The notes under the pieces were generated by a model. It saw nothing but the letters and a program-made list of their open reading frames with translations. It did not search any database and was not told the origin of the DNA. Source: Alphaproteobacteria bacterium (GTDB taxonomy: Bacteria; Pseudomonadota; Alphaproteobacteria; SHVV01). From it: a DNA stretch of 64,000 bases. Shown piece by piece: positions 34,226 through 44,882 of the stretch; positions within the stretch are counted from its first letter, which is position 1, and each line of letters starts with the position of its first letter. The position numbers and the translations under genes are program-made. The stretch is taken from positions 3,936,001 to 4,000,000 of the forward strand of contig OZ253470.1 in assembly GCA_965261735.1 (NCBI GenBank). The letters run 5' to 3'.

Positions 34226-35356
34226 ATGGCCACCTCGGAAAACAGGGTCCGCGTCGGCATTCTCGGCGCTAGCGGCTACACCGGCGGCGAACTGCTGCGC
34301 CTGCTCGCCCGCCATCCCCAGGCCGACGTCCGGTTGCTGACGGCCGAGCGCCGGGCGGGCGAGCCGCTCGGGGCTGTTTTCCCCCACCTCGCCGGCTACG
34401 GCTACCCGGCCTTGATGCACCTCGACGATGTCGAGTGGGGCGGCGTCGAGCTCGATGTCGTGTTCTGCGCGCTGCCGCACGGCGCCACCCATGCCGTCGC
34501 CCGCGGGCTGCTCAAGTCGACCGGCCACGATTTCGTGGACGAAGTACTGCATGAGAGCACGAGCGATCTCATCGCCGCTCACATGGGTGAGGTGAAAGTC
34601 ATTGATCTGTCGCCCGACTTTCGACTCAACGACACCGCCGGCTATGGCGAATGGTACCGGCACACCCACGGAGCACCGGAGTTGCAGCGCGAGGCGGTGT
34701 ACGGGTTGACCGAGTTCGCCCGGCCGGCGCTACGCTCGGCGCGCCTCGTCGCTTGTCCGGGCTGCTATCCGACCAGTACGCTACTGGCGCTGGTGCCGCT
34801 GCTCGAGGCAGGCGTCATCACCGCCGAGGACATCATCATCGACGCCAAGTCCGGCGTTACCGGCGCTGGCCGCGCCGCCAAGGAGGCCAATCTGTTCGCC
34901 GAGGTCGCCGAGGGCATTCACGCCTACGGGATCGCCGGCCACCGCCACCTGCCCGAGATCGAGCAGGAGTTGGCGCGCGTCGCGGGCCACGACATACAGG
35001 TGAGCTTTACGCCCCATTTGATGCCGATGAGCCGCGGTATCCTTGCCACGATGTATGTGCGGCTCGAAGGTGGCATGGATGCCGACGATGCGCGGGCTTG
35101 CCTCGTTGAGCGCTTCAATGACGAGCCCTTTGTCAGCGTCCTCCCCGCCGGCATTGCCCCGGCGACGCGCCACGTGCGCGGATCGAACCACTGCTTGATC
35201 GGCGTCTTCGCGGATCGTGTAGCGGGCCGCGCGATCATCGTTTCGGTGCTCGATAACCTCGTCAAGGGCGCCTCGGGCCAAGCGGTGCAGAACATGAACC
35301 TCGCGTGCGGCATGCCGGAGACGAGCGGGCTCGAGCAGCCAGCGCTGTTTCCATGA
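34226..35356 (+). CDS. argC: N-acetyl-gamma-glutamyl-phosphate reductase
   Basis: GASGYTG, PGCYPT, DNLVKGASGQAVQN. Confidence 0.96.
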   Translation: MATSENRVRVGILGASGYTGGELLRLLARHPQADVRLLTAERRAGEPLGAVFPHLAGYGYPALMHLDDVEWGGVELDVVFCALPHGATHAVARGLLKSTGHDFVDEVLHESTSDLIAAHMGEVKVIDLSPDFRLNDTAGYGEWYRHTHGAPELQREAVYGLTEFARPALRSARLVACPGCYPTSTLLALVPLLEAGVITAEDIIIDAKSGVTGAGRAAKEANLFAEVAEGIHAYGIAGHRHLPEIEQELARVAGHDIQVSFTPHLMPMSRGILATMYVRLEGGMDADDARACLVERFNDEPFVSVLPAGIAPATRHVRGSNHCLIGVFADRVAGRAIIVSVLDNLVKGASGQAVQNMNLACGMPETSGLEQPALFP

Positions 35357-35919
35357 CGGCGGGCACCGTCGGCAGGACGGCGGGCCTCGTTCTGCCGTTT
35401 CGCGATATCTTTCCTCGTATTGCCGCAAGCGCCTTTATTGCGCCGGGCGCCGCCGTGATCGGCGACGTCGAGATCGGCCCGGGAACCGGCGTCTGGTTCA
35501 ACTGCGTGATCCGAGGCGACGTCAACAGCATCCGCATTGGCGCGGGAACCAACCTTCAGGATGGCACCGTGGTCCATGTCACGCCGGCTACCCATGCGTC
35601 CCATATCGGCGACAACGTGACGATCGGGCACCGCGCGATTATTCACGGCTGCACGCTCGAGGACGCGAGCTTCGTCGGCATGGCTGCGACGGTCATGGAC
35701 GGCGTTGTCGTCGAAACCGGAGCCATGGTGGCGGCCGGCGCGCTGGTGCCGCCCGGCCGACGCGTGCCATCGGGGGAACTGTGGGCTGGTATGCCGGCCA
35801 AGTGCGTCAGAGAGGTGTCGACGGAAGAGCGCACCTACAACGAGGAGGCGGCGCACCGCTACGCTGCTCTGGCGCGGCTCTACATCGACTCACTCGAACG
35901 TATTCGCTCCGAGCCGTGA
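35353..35919 (+). CDS. Gamma carbonic anhydrase family protein
   Basis: Hexapeptide repeats, RGDVN, NLQDG..VH, GH.A.IHGC. Confidence 0.92.
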   Translation: MTAGTVGRTAGLVLPFRDIFPRIAASAFIAPGAAVIGDVEIGPGTGVWFNCVIRGDVNSIRIGAGTNLQDGTVVHVTPATHASHIGDNVTIGHRAIIHGCTLEDASFVGMAATVMDGVVVETGAMVAAGALVPPGRRVPSGELWAGMPAKCVREVSTEERTYNEEAAHRYAALARLYIDSLERIRSEP

Positions 35920-37166
35920 TCCTTGTCGAACGTCGCGCCGTCGAGCGTGGCGTCCGCGAAGTTGGTGTTGCTGATATCCGCCCTCGACAGGTCGGCCCGG
36001 ACGAGCACCGCGCCCTCGAAGTTGGCCGCCCTCAGGTTGGCGCCCGTGAGGCTGGCGTCGCTAAGGTTGGCGGGAACGACGCCGCCCGTGGCCCGGCCAT
36101 CGCGGTCCATGATCTGGGCGACGCTGAGGTCGGCCCCCGAGAGGTTGGCGTCGCTGAGCACGGCGCCCATGAGCCTCACGCCCGAGAGGCGCGATTGGGA
36201 TAGGTCGGTGGCATGCAGATTGGCTCCGCTCAAGTCGGCCATCTTGAGCGAACAGGTGGAGAAATTGGCGCCCGTGAAGTTGCCGTTGCGCAAGCTCGCG
36301 CCGCTCAGGTCGAGCCCCGCGAAATCGACGTTGCTGAAGTCCTCGTCATCGAGGACGGCCCGGGCCCCGCTCTCGCCTAACGAGTCGATCCAGCGCCGGT
36401 GCTCCGTGAGCGTGGTACGGACGTCCTCGCGGAGGTGGCGAACGAGGTTGACGACTCGCGCCCCCTTCATGTCGGCCGACGAGGTGTCGGTCCCCTCGAA
36501 CTGGGCGCCGACGACCTCGGCGCCGTTCAGCACCGCGCCGTCTATCGCAGCGTCGCTGAGATTGGCCCCGCTCAGATTGGAATCGCTGAGGTTGGCACCC
36601 GCGAGGTTGGCGCCGGAGAGGTCGGCCGCCATCAGGTTCGAGCGGGTCAGGTTGGCACCCCGCAGATCAGCGCAACGCAGGACGGCGCCGGCCAGATCGG
36701 CCTGCGACATGGTGGCGCTGACGAGCGCCGCCTGAGACAGGTTGGCGGCAATCATGCCCGATTGCCGCGCCGCCACCCGTTCGATTCTGTGCTGGGAATA
36801 ACCGAGATCGCCGGCGTCGGCGTGGAACAGTGAGCCATGGCGGAGGTCGGCGCAATGCAGGTTCGCGTTGGTCAAGTTTGTTCCGCAGAGCTGGGCGCCC
36901 CGGAGATCGGTCCCCGACAAGTCCGCGTCGGTCAAGTCGGCGCCGCTGAGATCTGCGGCAAAAAGGTCGGCCTCGGCGAAGTCCGCGTTCATCAACGCGC
37001 AGTGGCTGAGGTCGATGCCGGTGAGGATCGCGCTGCGAAGGTTGACTCCCGGCATCTGCCTGCCGGTTAGGACCCGGTCGGCGAGGTTCGCCCGCGCGCC
37101 ACCCTTAAGTCGACGCAACCACAGGGCGTGGGACTTGAGGATATCGCGTAGCTCGGCGGTCTTCAT
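35880..37166 (-). CDS. Pentapeptide repeat protein
   Basis: Extensive A(D/N)LxX repeats in two blocks, each preceded by an H..W...G.RA motif. Confidence 0.92.
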   Translation of the reverse strand: MKTAELRDILKSHALWLRRLKGGARANLADRVLTGRQMPGVNLRSAILTGIDLSHCALMNADFAEADLFAADLSGADLTDADLSGTDLRGAQLCGTNLTNANLHCADLRHGSLFHADAGDLGYSQHRIERVAARQSGMIAANLSQAALVSATMSQADLAGAVLRCADLRGANLTRSNLMAADLSGANLAGANLSDSNLSGANLSDAAIDGAVLNGAEVVGAQFEGTDTSSADMKGARVVNLVRHLREDVRTTLTEHRRWIDSLGESGARAVLDDEDFSNVDFAGLDLSGASLRNGNFTGANFSTCSLKMADLSGANLHATDLSQSRLSGVRLMGAVLSDANLSGADLSVAQIMDRDGRATGGVVPANLSDASLTGANLRAANFEGAVLVRADLSRADISNTNFADATLDGATFDKDHGSERIRSSESM

Positions 37167-37245
37167 TCACGCCTCCGCTGCGGGCGGGCCCCAATCGTCA
37201 ATGGATGGCCCGGCGCGGGCGTACGGCAACACCGTGATTTAAGCC

Positions 37246-37260
37246 TTAAGCGGTCAATAA
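37246..37260. promoter_or_regulatory. Possible CtrA-like site between divergent genes
   Basis: TTAA-N7-ATAA within a cluster of TTAA half-sites. Confidence 0.35.
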
Positions 37261-37411
37261 ATGTTTAAGGCTCGTGCGCTAAGGCCGACAGGTGGGGCGC
37301 GGGCGGATAACCACGCTAAACGGAGGCTGTTTGTGGTACGTTATATTCCGCCGGGGCTTGAGTCGTAGCGCCCCGGCCGCGGGGGGCAACAGATTGCAGA
37401 GGGCGAACCCG

Positions 37412-38680
37412 ATGAACGTGCAAACGCGTACGTGCCGTCAATGGAACGGCCGCCAACCGACGATCCGATTTGGCGTGCTCGTGGCCGTCGGCTTATTGTT
37501 GGGAGCATGTTCGTATGTGCCCGATTGGGCTAACCCGCTCGCGTGGTACGACCGGACGTTCGATAGCTCCGGCGACTCCCAACCCGCCGCGGCTGCCGCG
37601 GCGCCCCCTTCAGCCGGCGCCGATCAACCGTTTCCCAAATTGAGCTCCGTTCCCGACCAGCCGCCGACGGCAACGAGTAAGGCCGAGCGCAAGCAAATCG
37701 CGCAGGGGTTGGTCGCGGACGCCGCGCGGGCGCGCTACACGGACGAGGAGACGGACACCCAGGTGGCGGCGACCACGCCCCAACCGACACCGTCACCACC
37801 ACCGGTCGTTGTTCAAGCGCCGGCAACGGTCGTTGCGCAGGCCCCCCCGGCCCCGCCGCCGGCTGCCGTTCCCAGCCGCACGACCCCGGTATCGCCGAGC
37901 GTCTCGGTTCAGCCGGCAACGCCGATGCCGGTGCCGTCGATCGTGCAGCGCCGTCCGGCTGCGCGCGTCGCGGCGGCGCCGCAGCCGGTGACCCCGATGC
38001 CGGTGCCGTCGATCGTGCAGCGCCGTCCGGCTTCACCCGCCGTTGCCGCGCCGCAAACCGTGCCCGCGCCCGTCGCTTCGGCGCCGGCGCAGGGGCAGCG
38101 CCAGCTGGCGAGTGTCGCCGATGTGTTAGCCGAGAAGATGGCGGCTTCGGCCAGCACCGTCACGACCGCGCCGGCGCACACCGGCTTCGGACCCAGTACC
38201 GCCCAGCCGCTCAGTAATCTGCCGAAGTCGGTGCCGGCTATCGTCCGCGACACGTACAATGAATCGGTTGGCGGCGCGGTAGCGGGATCGACCGCAGTCG
38301 TGATCGCCCCGGCGGTCGGGCAGGTTGCACGCGAGCCAGTCGTCATTCGCTTCAGGCATGGATCGGCGAACCTTTCGGCGGCGGATCGGCGGCGTCTGCG
38401 GAGCATCAGCGAGGCCTTCAAGGCGCAAGGAGGCGTGGTTCGCGTCGTCGGCCATGCCTCGAGCCGCACGCGCGACATGCCGGTGCTCCGGCACAAGCTC
38501 GCCAACTTCAACGTCTCGCACGATCGCGCCGTGCGGGTTGCTTCCGAGCTCGTGCGCCAGGGCGTAACCCGCAATGCCATCCTCGTCGAAGCGCGCAGCG
38601 ATGCGGACCCGGCGTTCATCGAGTCGATGCCAGCCGGCGAGGCGGGGAACCGACGGACCGAGGTTTATCTCGAATCCTGA
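37412..38680 (+). CDS. OmpA-family lipoprotein with Pro/Ala-rich linker
   Basis: Lipobox LGAC; C-terminal F..GSA.L, VGHAS, S.DRA..V, NRR.E OmpA domain. Confidence 0.85.
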   Translation: MNVQTRTCRQWNGRQPTIRFGVLVAVGLLLGACSYVPDWANPLAWYDRTFDSSGDSQPAAAAAAPPSAGADQPFPKLSSVPDQPPTATSKAERKQIAQGLVADAARARYTDEETDTQVAATTPQPTPSPPPVVVQAPATVVAQAPPAPPPAAVPSRTTPVSPSVSVQPATPMPVPSIVQRRPAARVAAAPQPVTPMPVPSIVQRRPASPAVAAPQTVPAPVASAPAQGQRQLASVADVLAEKMAASASTVTTAPAHTGFGPSTAQPLSNLPKSVPAIVRDTYNESVGGAVAGSTAVVIAPAVGQVAREPVVIRFRHGSANLSAADRRRLRSISEAFKAQGGVVRVVGHASSRTRDMPVLRHKLANFNVSHDRAVRVASELVRQGVTRNAILVEARSDADPAFIESMPAGEAGNRRTEVYLES

Positions 38681-38816
38681 CGTTGGCGCGGAAGTGAGGC
38701 CCGTAGGTCCGTAGGGCCACCGACCGAGGCACGCGGCGGCGGGCCGCGATCTGCTATGATTGCGCCGAATGAACGGGCCAGCCGGCACGGTCCGGCACCA
38801 CGGAGTCCCATGGCCG

Positions 38817-40037
38817 ATGGAAAGCGAGTTCTACCGCGTAAAGCGCCTGCCGCCCTACGTCTTCGACGAGGTCAACGCGGTTAAGGCTGCCCATCGCGCG
38901 GCGGGCGAGGATATTATCGACCTCGGCATGGGTAACCCCGACATGCCGACGCCCGAGCACATTGTCGACAAGTTGACCGAGGCGGTGCGCGACCCGCGCA
39001 CGCACCGCTACTCGACTTCGCGCGGCATCCCCGGCTTGCGCCGGGCCGTGGCCGCGTACTACGGGCGGCGGTTCGGCGTCGACGTCGACCCGGAGCGCGA
39101 AACCGTCGTCACCCTCGGCTCCAAGGAGGGGCTCGCCAACCTGGCGCAGGCGATCACGGCGCCGGGCGATACCATCCTCGTCCCCAACCCGAGCTACCCG
39201 ATTCACCCCTACGGCTTCATCATCGCCGGCGCCAACATTCGCCATCTCCCGATCGGCGCCGGGCACGACTTCATGGCCGGCCTGGTTCGTGCCGTGCGCC
39301 ATTGCGTGCCCCCGCCGCTCGCCCTGGTCCTCAATTTTCCATCGAATCCCACGGCACAGGTCGTGGACCTCGACTTCTATCGTGAGGTCGTCGATTTCTG
39401 CCGTGCCGAGGGCATCTTCATCATCTCCGACCTCGCCTACGCGGAGATCTACTTCGACGATCGACCACCGCCGTCTCTGCTCCAGGTGCCGGGCGCGAAG
39501 GACGTGGCCGTCGAATTCACCAGCCTGAGCAAGACCTACGCCATGCCGGGCTGGCGCGTCGGCTTTGCCACCGGCAATGCGCGCCTCATCGCCGCACTCG
39601 CTCGCATCAAATCGTACCTCGACTACGGCGCCTTCACGCCCGTGCAGGTGGCGGCGACCGCCGCGCTCAACGGCCCGCAGGATTGCGTCGAACAGATCCG
39701 CGCGACCTACCGGTCACGCCGCGACGTGCTCGTCGACGGGCTCGCGGCGGCGGGCTGGGAAGTGCCGCGCCCGAGCGCCACCATGTTCGCGTGGGCGCCG
39801 CTACCGCCGGCCTTCGCCGATATGGGCTCCCTCGAGTTCGCCAAGCTGTTGTTGGCCGAGGCCAAGGTCGCGGTCTCGCCCGGCATCGCGTTCGGCGAGT
39901 ACGGCGAGGGCTTCCTCCGCATCGCCCTGGTCGAAAACGAGCAGCGCATCCGCCAGGCGATACGGAGCATCAAGAAGTTCCTTGGCGCCTCCGAAGCTGG
40001 GGTCGAAAAGACCGGCGCGCGGGCCGTCGCATCTTGA
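38817..40037 (+). CDS. Class I PLP aminotransferase (AlaC/LL-DAP aminotransferase-like)
   Basis: RLPPYVF, DLGMGNPD, SLSKTY.MPGWRVG, IKSYLDYG. Confidence 0.9.
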   Translation: MESEFYRVKRLPPYVFDEVNAVKAAHRAAGEDIIDLGMGNPDMPTPEHIVDKLTEAVRDPRTHRYSTSRGIPGLRRAVAAYYGRRFGVDVDPERETVVTLGSKEGLANLAQAITAPGDTILVPNPSYPIHPYGFIIAGANIRHLPIGAGHDFMAGLVRAVRHCVPPPLALVLNFPSNPTAQVVDLDFYREVVDFCRAEGIFIISDLAYAEIYFDDRPPPSLLQVPGAKDVAVEFTSLSKTYAMPGWRVGFATGNARLIAALARIKSYLDYGAFTPVQVAATAALNGPQDCVEQIRATYRSRRDVLVDGLAAAGWEVPRPSATMFAWAPLPPAFADMGSLEFAKLLLAEAKVAVSPGIAFGEYGEGFLRIALVENEQRIRQAIRSIKKFLGASEAGVEKTGARAVAS

Positions 40038-41326
40038 GCGAGCCGCTTCGTCTTGGTGTCGCCGGGCTCGGCACGGTGGGCGCCTGTGTCGTCAAACTGC
40101 TGCACGAACACCACGACCTTGTCGCGCGCCGATGCGGCCGCAGCCTGCGGGTGGTCGCGGTGTCGGCGCGCGAGCGTGAGCGCGAGCGCGGCATCGACCT
40201 GGGGCTGGCGCGCTGGGAGGGAGATGCCGCGGCCCTCGCCGTTGCCGATGACGTCGAGGTCGTGGTCGAGCTCATCGGCGGTGCCGAGGGCATCGCACGT
40301 GAGGTGGTCGAGCGCGGGCTAGCGGCCGGTAAACCCGTAGTGACTGCCAACAAGGCGCTCATCGCCCACCATGGCGCGGCGCTCGCACTTTCGGCGGAAG
40401 GAGCGGGCGTCGGCCTCGGCTTCGAAGCCGCCGTGGCCGGCGGCATCCCCGTCCTCAAGGCGCTGCGCGAGAGCCTCGCAGCAAACCGCCTGACCCGCGT
40501 CTACGGTATCCTCAACGGCACCTGCAACCACATCCTGACGGCGATGACGGACAGCGGGCGCGATTTCGACGACGTACTCGCCGAGGCCCAGGCGCTGGGT
40601 TACGCCGAGGGCGATCCAAGCTTCGATATCGACGGGGTCGATGCCGCCCACAAGCTGGCGATCCTGACCAGCCTCGCGTTCGGGTGCCCGCCCGACCTGG
40701 CGGGCGTCCACGTCGAAGGCATTCGCGACGTGACGACGAACGACATCGCCTCGGCCGCGGAGCTCGGTTATCGCATCAAGCTGCTCGGGATCGCTCGGCT
40801 GACGGAGTTCGGGGTCGAGCAACGGGTGCACCCTTGCATGGTCCCCGCTGCGGCGCCGATCGCCCACGTCGGCGGTGTCTACAACGCCGTGGTCGCCGAA
40901 GGTGACTATGTCGGCCGCGCCCTGTTCGAGGGCCTCGGTGCCGGCGCGGGACCCACCGCGTCGGCGGTGGTCGCCGACCTCGTCGATGTTGCGCGCGGGC
41001 GTGCGGGGCCAGCCTTTGCGGTCCCCGCCGGCGCGCTTGCGCCACTTCCGGCGTCGCCGATGGAGCGGCACCGAGGGCCCTACTACGTCCGCTTTATGGT
41101 GGTTGACCGGCCTGGGGTAATGGCCGACATTGCCGCGGTACTGCGGGATGAGGACGTGTCCATGGAATCGGTTCTACAGCGCGGCCGCGCGCCGGACGAG
41201 GCGGTTCCGGTCGTGATGACCACCCATGAGACGGACGAGGCCCATATGGTGCGGGCACTGCAACGAATCACTGACCTCGGCAGCGTGATCGAGCCGCCGC
41301 ACATGATCCGTATCGAGCATCTTTAG
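40034..41326 (+). CDS. hom: Homoserine dehydrogenase with C-terminal ACT domain
   Basis: GLGTVG, VTANKA, FEAAVAGGIP, GILNGT, DRPGVMA. Confidence 0.95.
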   Translation: MSEPLRLGVAGLGTVGACVVKLLHEHHDLVARRCGRSLRVVAVSARERERERGIDLGLARWEGDAAALAVADDVEVVVELIGGAEGIAREVVERGLAAGKPVVTANKALIAHHGAALALSAEGAGVGLGFEAAVAGGIPVLKALRESLAANRLTRVYGILNGTCNHILTAMTDSGRDFDDVLAEAQALGYAEGDPSFDIDGVDAAHKLAILTSLAFGCPPDLAGVHVEGIRDVTTNDIASAAELGYRIKLLGIARLTEFGVEQRVHPCMVPAAAPIAHVGGVYNAVVAEGDYVGRALFEGLGAGAGPTASAVVADLVDVARGRAGPAFAVPAGALAPLPASPMERHRGPYYVRFMVVDRPGVMADIAAVLRDEDVSMESVLQRGRAPDEAVPVVMTTHETDEAHMVRALQRITDLGSVIEPPHMIRIEHL

Positions 41327-41364
41327 GGGCGGACGCGGCGCTGGCAGCCCTCGACAGGAGCCTC

Positions 41365-42318
41365 GTGCTGGATGCCGTCCGCGTGACCGAGGCGGCCGCG
41401 ATAGCCGCTTCTAAGCTCATGGGCTACGGCGACGAGATGGCGGCGGATCAGGCCGCCGTCGATGCCATGCGCGGCGCCCTCAACAAGGTGAAAATCGACG
41501 GCACCGTCGTTATCGGCGAAGGCGAGCGCGACCATGCGCCGATGCTCTACGTCGGGGAGAAGGTGGGCGCGGGCGGACCTCGTGTCGACATCGCCCTCGA
41601 TCCGCTCGAGGGGACCACGCTGACCGCCAAGGGAGGGCCCAACGCGCTAGCGGTGATGGCATGGACCGAGGTCGGCGGACTCCTCAACGCCCCCGACGTC
41701 TACATGGACAAGATCGCCGTCGGCGGCGGCTTTCCCGATGGGGTGGTCGATCTCGACGCGAGCCCAGCGGAGAACCTCAAGGCTCTTGGCAAGGCGAAGA
41801 AATGCGCGATGCGCGATCTCGTCGCCTGCATTCTCGACCGCCCGCGCCACGCCGAGCTGATCGCGGCCGTGCGCGAAACCGGCGCCCGTATCCGCCTGAT
41901 CCCCGATGGCGACGTCGCCGGCGTGATGGCGACGTCCAGCGCGGACACGGGCATCCACATCTATATGGGGATAGGCGGCGCACCCGAGGGCGTGCTGGCG
42001 GCCGCCGCCCTGTGCAGCATCGGCGGGCAGATGCAAGGCCGCCTGGTGTTTAGCACCGACGACGAGCGCGGACGGGCGGCGGGCCTCGGGATCACCGATC
42101 TCGACCACAAATACACGCTCGCCGAGCTCGCCTCGGGCGACGTGATCTTCACCGCCACAGGCGTCACCGATGGAACGATGCTCGACGGCGTGCGCCCGGA
42201 AGCCGACTGCGTGATGACGCATTCGCTCGTCATGCGCTCGCGGACCCGCACCATGCGCTGGATCAAGACGCGCCACGACACGGGCGCAACGTCCGAGAAG
42301 AAACCGCGCGGCGCCTAA
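41365..42318 (+). CDS. glpX: Class II fructose-1,6-bisphosphatase
   Basis: VTEAAA, VIGEGE, DPLEGT, PDVYMDK, GGAPEGV. Confidence 0.95.
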   Translation: MLDAVRVTEAAAIAASKLMGYGDEMAADQAAVDAMRGALNKVKIDGTVVIGEGERDHAPMLYVGEKVGAGGPRVDIALDPLEGTTLTAKGGPNALAVMAWTEVGGLLNAPDVYMDKIAVGGGFPDGVVDLDASPAENLKALGKAKKCAMRDLVACILDRPRHAELIAAVRETGARIRLIPDGDVAGVMATSSADTGIHIYMGIGGAPEGVLAAAALCSIGGQMQGRLVFSTDDERGRAAGLGITDLDHKYTLAELASGDVIFTATGVTDGTMLDGVRPEADCVMTHSLVMRSRTRTMRWIKTRHDTGATSEKKPRGA

Positions 42319-42323
42319 GCGCG

Positions 42324-44138
42324 ATGGCGTCGGAGGCGCAACCGTTCCTGGGCGTCACCCATTCGCTCGGCGGGCGCGCCTGGCGGGCCCGCCTCGCCGA
42401 CGAGCGCGCCGCCCTGGCGCTCGCCCAACGGCTCGATGTCCCCGAGATTGTGGCGCGGGTTCTGGCGGCGCGCGGCGTGACCCTTGAAGAGGCGCCCGCC
42501 TACCTCAGTCCGAGTCTCAGGCGGGACCTGCCAGACCCCTCGCGCCTCAAGGATATGGACGCGGCGGCGGCACGCCTGGCGACCGCGATCTCAAATGGCG
42601 AGCAGGTCGCGGTATTCGGTGACTACGACGTTGACGGTGCGACCTCGTCGGCGTTGTTGTGGCGCTTCTTCGACGCCGTCGGCGGTAAGCTCACCATCTA
42701 CATCCCCGATCGCCTGCGCGAGGGCTACGGCCCGAACGCGCCGGCGCTCCTGGGACTGCGCGAGGCGGGCGTGAGCGTGGTCGTGACCGTCGACTGCGGG
42801 ACGCTCGCCCATGAGCCGCTGGCCGCCGCGGCCGACGCCGGCCTCGATGTCATCGTCGTCGACCACCACATGGCCGAGCCGGTATTGCCCAGGGCCTTCG
42901 CCGTCATCAACCCCAACCGCCTCGACGAGGAAGGTCTCGCCGGCGAGCTCGCAGCGGTCGGCGTCGCCTTCCTGCTCGTCGTGGCCGTCAACCGGGCGCT
43001 GCGAACCATGGGTTGGTATGAGGATCGCCCCGAGCCCGAGCTGATGGGATGGCTCGACCTGGTGGCGCTCGGGACCTTGTGCGACATGGTCCCGCTCACC
43101 GGGGTCAACCGGCCTCTGGTGGTGACCGGGCTCAAGGTCATGGCGCGGCGCTCCAACCTGGGCTTGACGGCGCTCGCCGACGTTGCGGGGATGAACGAGG
43201 CGCCTCGGGGCTACCATGCGGGCTTCGTACTCGGCCCCAGAGTCAACGCCGGCGGGCGCATCGGCAAGGCCGACCTCGGGGCCCGCCTGCTGTCGACCGC
43301 GGACGAGGAGGAGGCGCGGCGCATCGCCGCCGAGCTCGACGTGCTCAACCGCGAACGCCGCGCGATCGAGGCCATGGTGCTGGAACAGGCGAGCGCGGCC
43401 GCGGCGCGCGAGGACGATGGCGGGACGCTCGTCTGCGTCGCCGGGGCGGGTTGGCATCCGGGGGTGGTCGGCATCGTCGCCAGTCGGCTCAAGGATCGGT
43501 TCCGCCGGCCCGCCGCCGTGATCGCGCTCGCCGACGGGATCGGCAGGGGATCGGCGCGCTCGGTACCCGGCGTCGACCTCGGCGCCGCCGTCATCGCGGC
43601 GCGCCAGGCCGGGCTCCTCATCAACGGCGGCGGCCACCCAATGGCCGCGGGCCTGACGGTGGCGGAGGAAAACATACCCCGGCTCGCCGACTTCCTGCGT
43701 GCCCGGCTGGTGGCGGCCGTGCCCGCCCGGGCAGCCCAAAGCCTCGGCATAGACGGCGCGCTGTCGGTCGCCGGCGCCAGCCTCGAGCTGGCCGATCTGC
43801 TTGAGCGCGCGGGCCCCTTCGGTACCGCCAATCCCGAGCCGAGATTCGCCGTCACCAACGCTCGCCTGGTGCGTGCCGAGGTGGTCGGCGGCGAGCACGT
43901 GCGCTGCATCCTCGCCGGCGACGGTAGCGCCCGGCTCCAAAGCATCGCCTTTCGCTCACGCGGCGAGGCCCTCGGGGAGGCGTTGCTCGCGGCGGGGACC
44001 AGCGCCTACCACGTGGCCGGCCATCTGCGCATCGACAGCTGGCGCGGCCGGCACAGCGTCCGCCTGCACATAGAGGATGCCGCCCCGGCGACCTCGACGG
44101 CACCGGCGGCGCCGGATACGGGCCCGGGCGAGCCTTGA
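42324..44138 (+). CDS. recJ: Single-stranded DNA exonuclease RecJ
   Basis: GDYDVDG, VDCG, DHH, GSARS, GGH.MAAG. Confidence 0.96.
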   Translation: MASEAQPFLGVTHSLGGRAWRARLADERAALALAQRLDVPEIVARVLAARGVTLEEAPAYLSPSLRRDLPDPSRLKDMDAAAARLATAISNGEQVAVFGDYDVDGATSSALLWRFFDAVGGKLTIYIPDRLREGYGPNAPALLGLREAGVSVVVTVDCGTLAHEPLAAAADAGLDVIVVDHHMAEPVLPRAFAVINPNRLDEEGLAGELAAVGVAFLLVVAVNRALRTMGWYEDRPEPELMGWLDLVALGTLCDMVPLTGVNRPLVVTGLKVMARRSNLGLTALADVAGMNEAPRGYHAGFVLGPRVNAGGRIGKADLGARLLSTADEEEARRIAAELDVLNRERRAIEAMVLEQASAAAAREDDGGTLVCVAGAGWHPGVVGIVASRLKDRFRRPAAVIALADGIGRGSARSVPGVDLGAAVIAARQAGLLINGGGHPMAAGLTVAEENIPRLADFLRARLVAAVPARAAQSLGIDGALSVAGASLELADLLERAGPFGTANPEPRFAVTNARLVRAEVVGGEHVRCILAGDGSARLQSIAFRSRGEALGEALLAAGTSAYHVAGHLRIDSWRGRHSVRLHIEDAAPATSTAPAAPDTGPGEP

Positions 44139-44202
44139 TTTCGCGTGCGACAGCGATTAGACCACGCTGGCGCGGCCCTTGGCCGGCACCGGATTGGCGC
44201 CC

Positions 44203-44280
44203 GTCCCCATCGTCTAGCCAGGCCTAGGACACCACCCTTTCAAGGTGGCGACACGGGTTCAAATCCCGTTGGGGACACCA
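44203..44280 (+). tRNA. tRNA-Glu(TTC)
   Basis: GTCCCCA/TGGGGAC acceptor stem, CCACC-CTTTCAA-GGTGG anticodon arm, CCA end. Confidence 0.95.
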
Positions 44281-44406
44281 ATCCTGGCTTGGGGTGCCAA
44301 CGTGGGCGGGCGATAAGAGGCGGCGTCCAACATCTACTCACGGCTCGTCGGGACACTTGATGCAGTAGCTAAGCGGGAACGCCCCGACGGCCACGGGAAA
44401 TGACCG

Positions 44407-44832
44407 ATGAGCGATCAGTGGAAGTACCAGTTGCGAATTTTCTTGGGTGATGAGCTCGCGGAAGTGGCGCGGCGCGATCCTGGCGATGGTGCGATCAAGC
44501 CGTTGACGGGCATTCTGGGCAAGCATCGCGCGACTATGAAATGCCAGCTCGATGCCTTTGCGGACTATGTCGCCGAAGCCGAGGCGCAGGGCACCGAAAA
44601 ATATCCGCTCTACGAGTGGACCAGAGCGACGATCGAGGATCCCGCCAAGAAGGCGAAATACACCAAGTCCTTTACGCTTTATGTCGACGGCGACGAGGTC
44701 TACGCCAAGGAAAAAGCGGACGCGCTCGAGTCGGACCTACAGCCCCTGGTGGGCGCGTTGATCCTTCGCCTGTCCAAACACGATACCAATCCCGCCAACA
44801 ACCCACAGCCGCCGCCGCGCTACCGCAAGTGA
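44407..44832 (+). CDS. Hypothetical protein
   Basis: Clean ORF with protein-like composition, C-terminal DTNPANNPQPP; no family recognised. Confidence 0.75.
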   Translation: MSDQWKYQLRIFLGDELAEVARRDPGDGAIKPLTGILGKHRATMKCQLDAFADYVAEAEAQGTEKYPLYEWTRATIEDPAKKAKYTKSFTLYVDGDEVYAKEKADALESDLQPLVGALILRLSKHDTNPANNPQPPPRYRK

Positions 44833-44882
44833 GCGATCGGCGCGGCCGGTCACCCCGCGGCGTCCGGTAGTGGGACTCCTCC

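Noticed and set aside
44281-44400. Integrase remnant or att site after tRNA-Glu
   Set aside because: No recognisable integrase motifs and no repeat of the tRNA 3' end noticed in the window.
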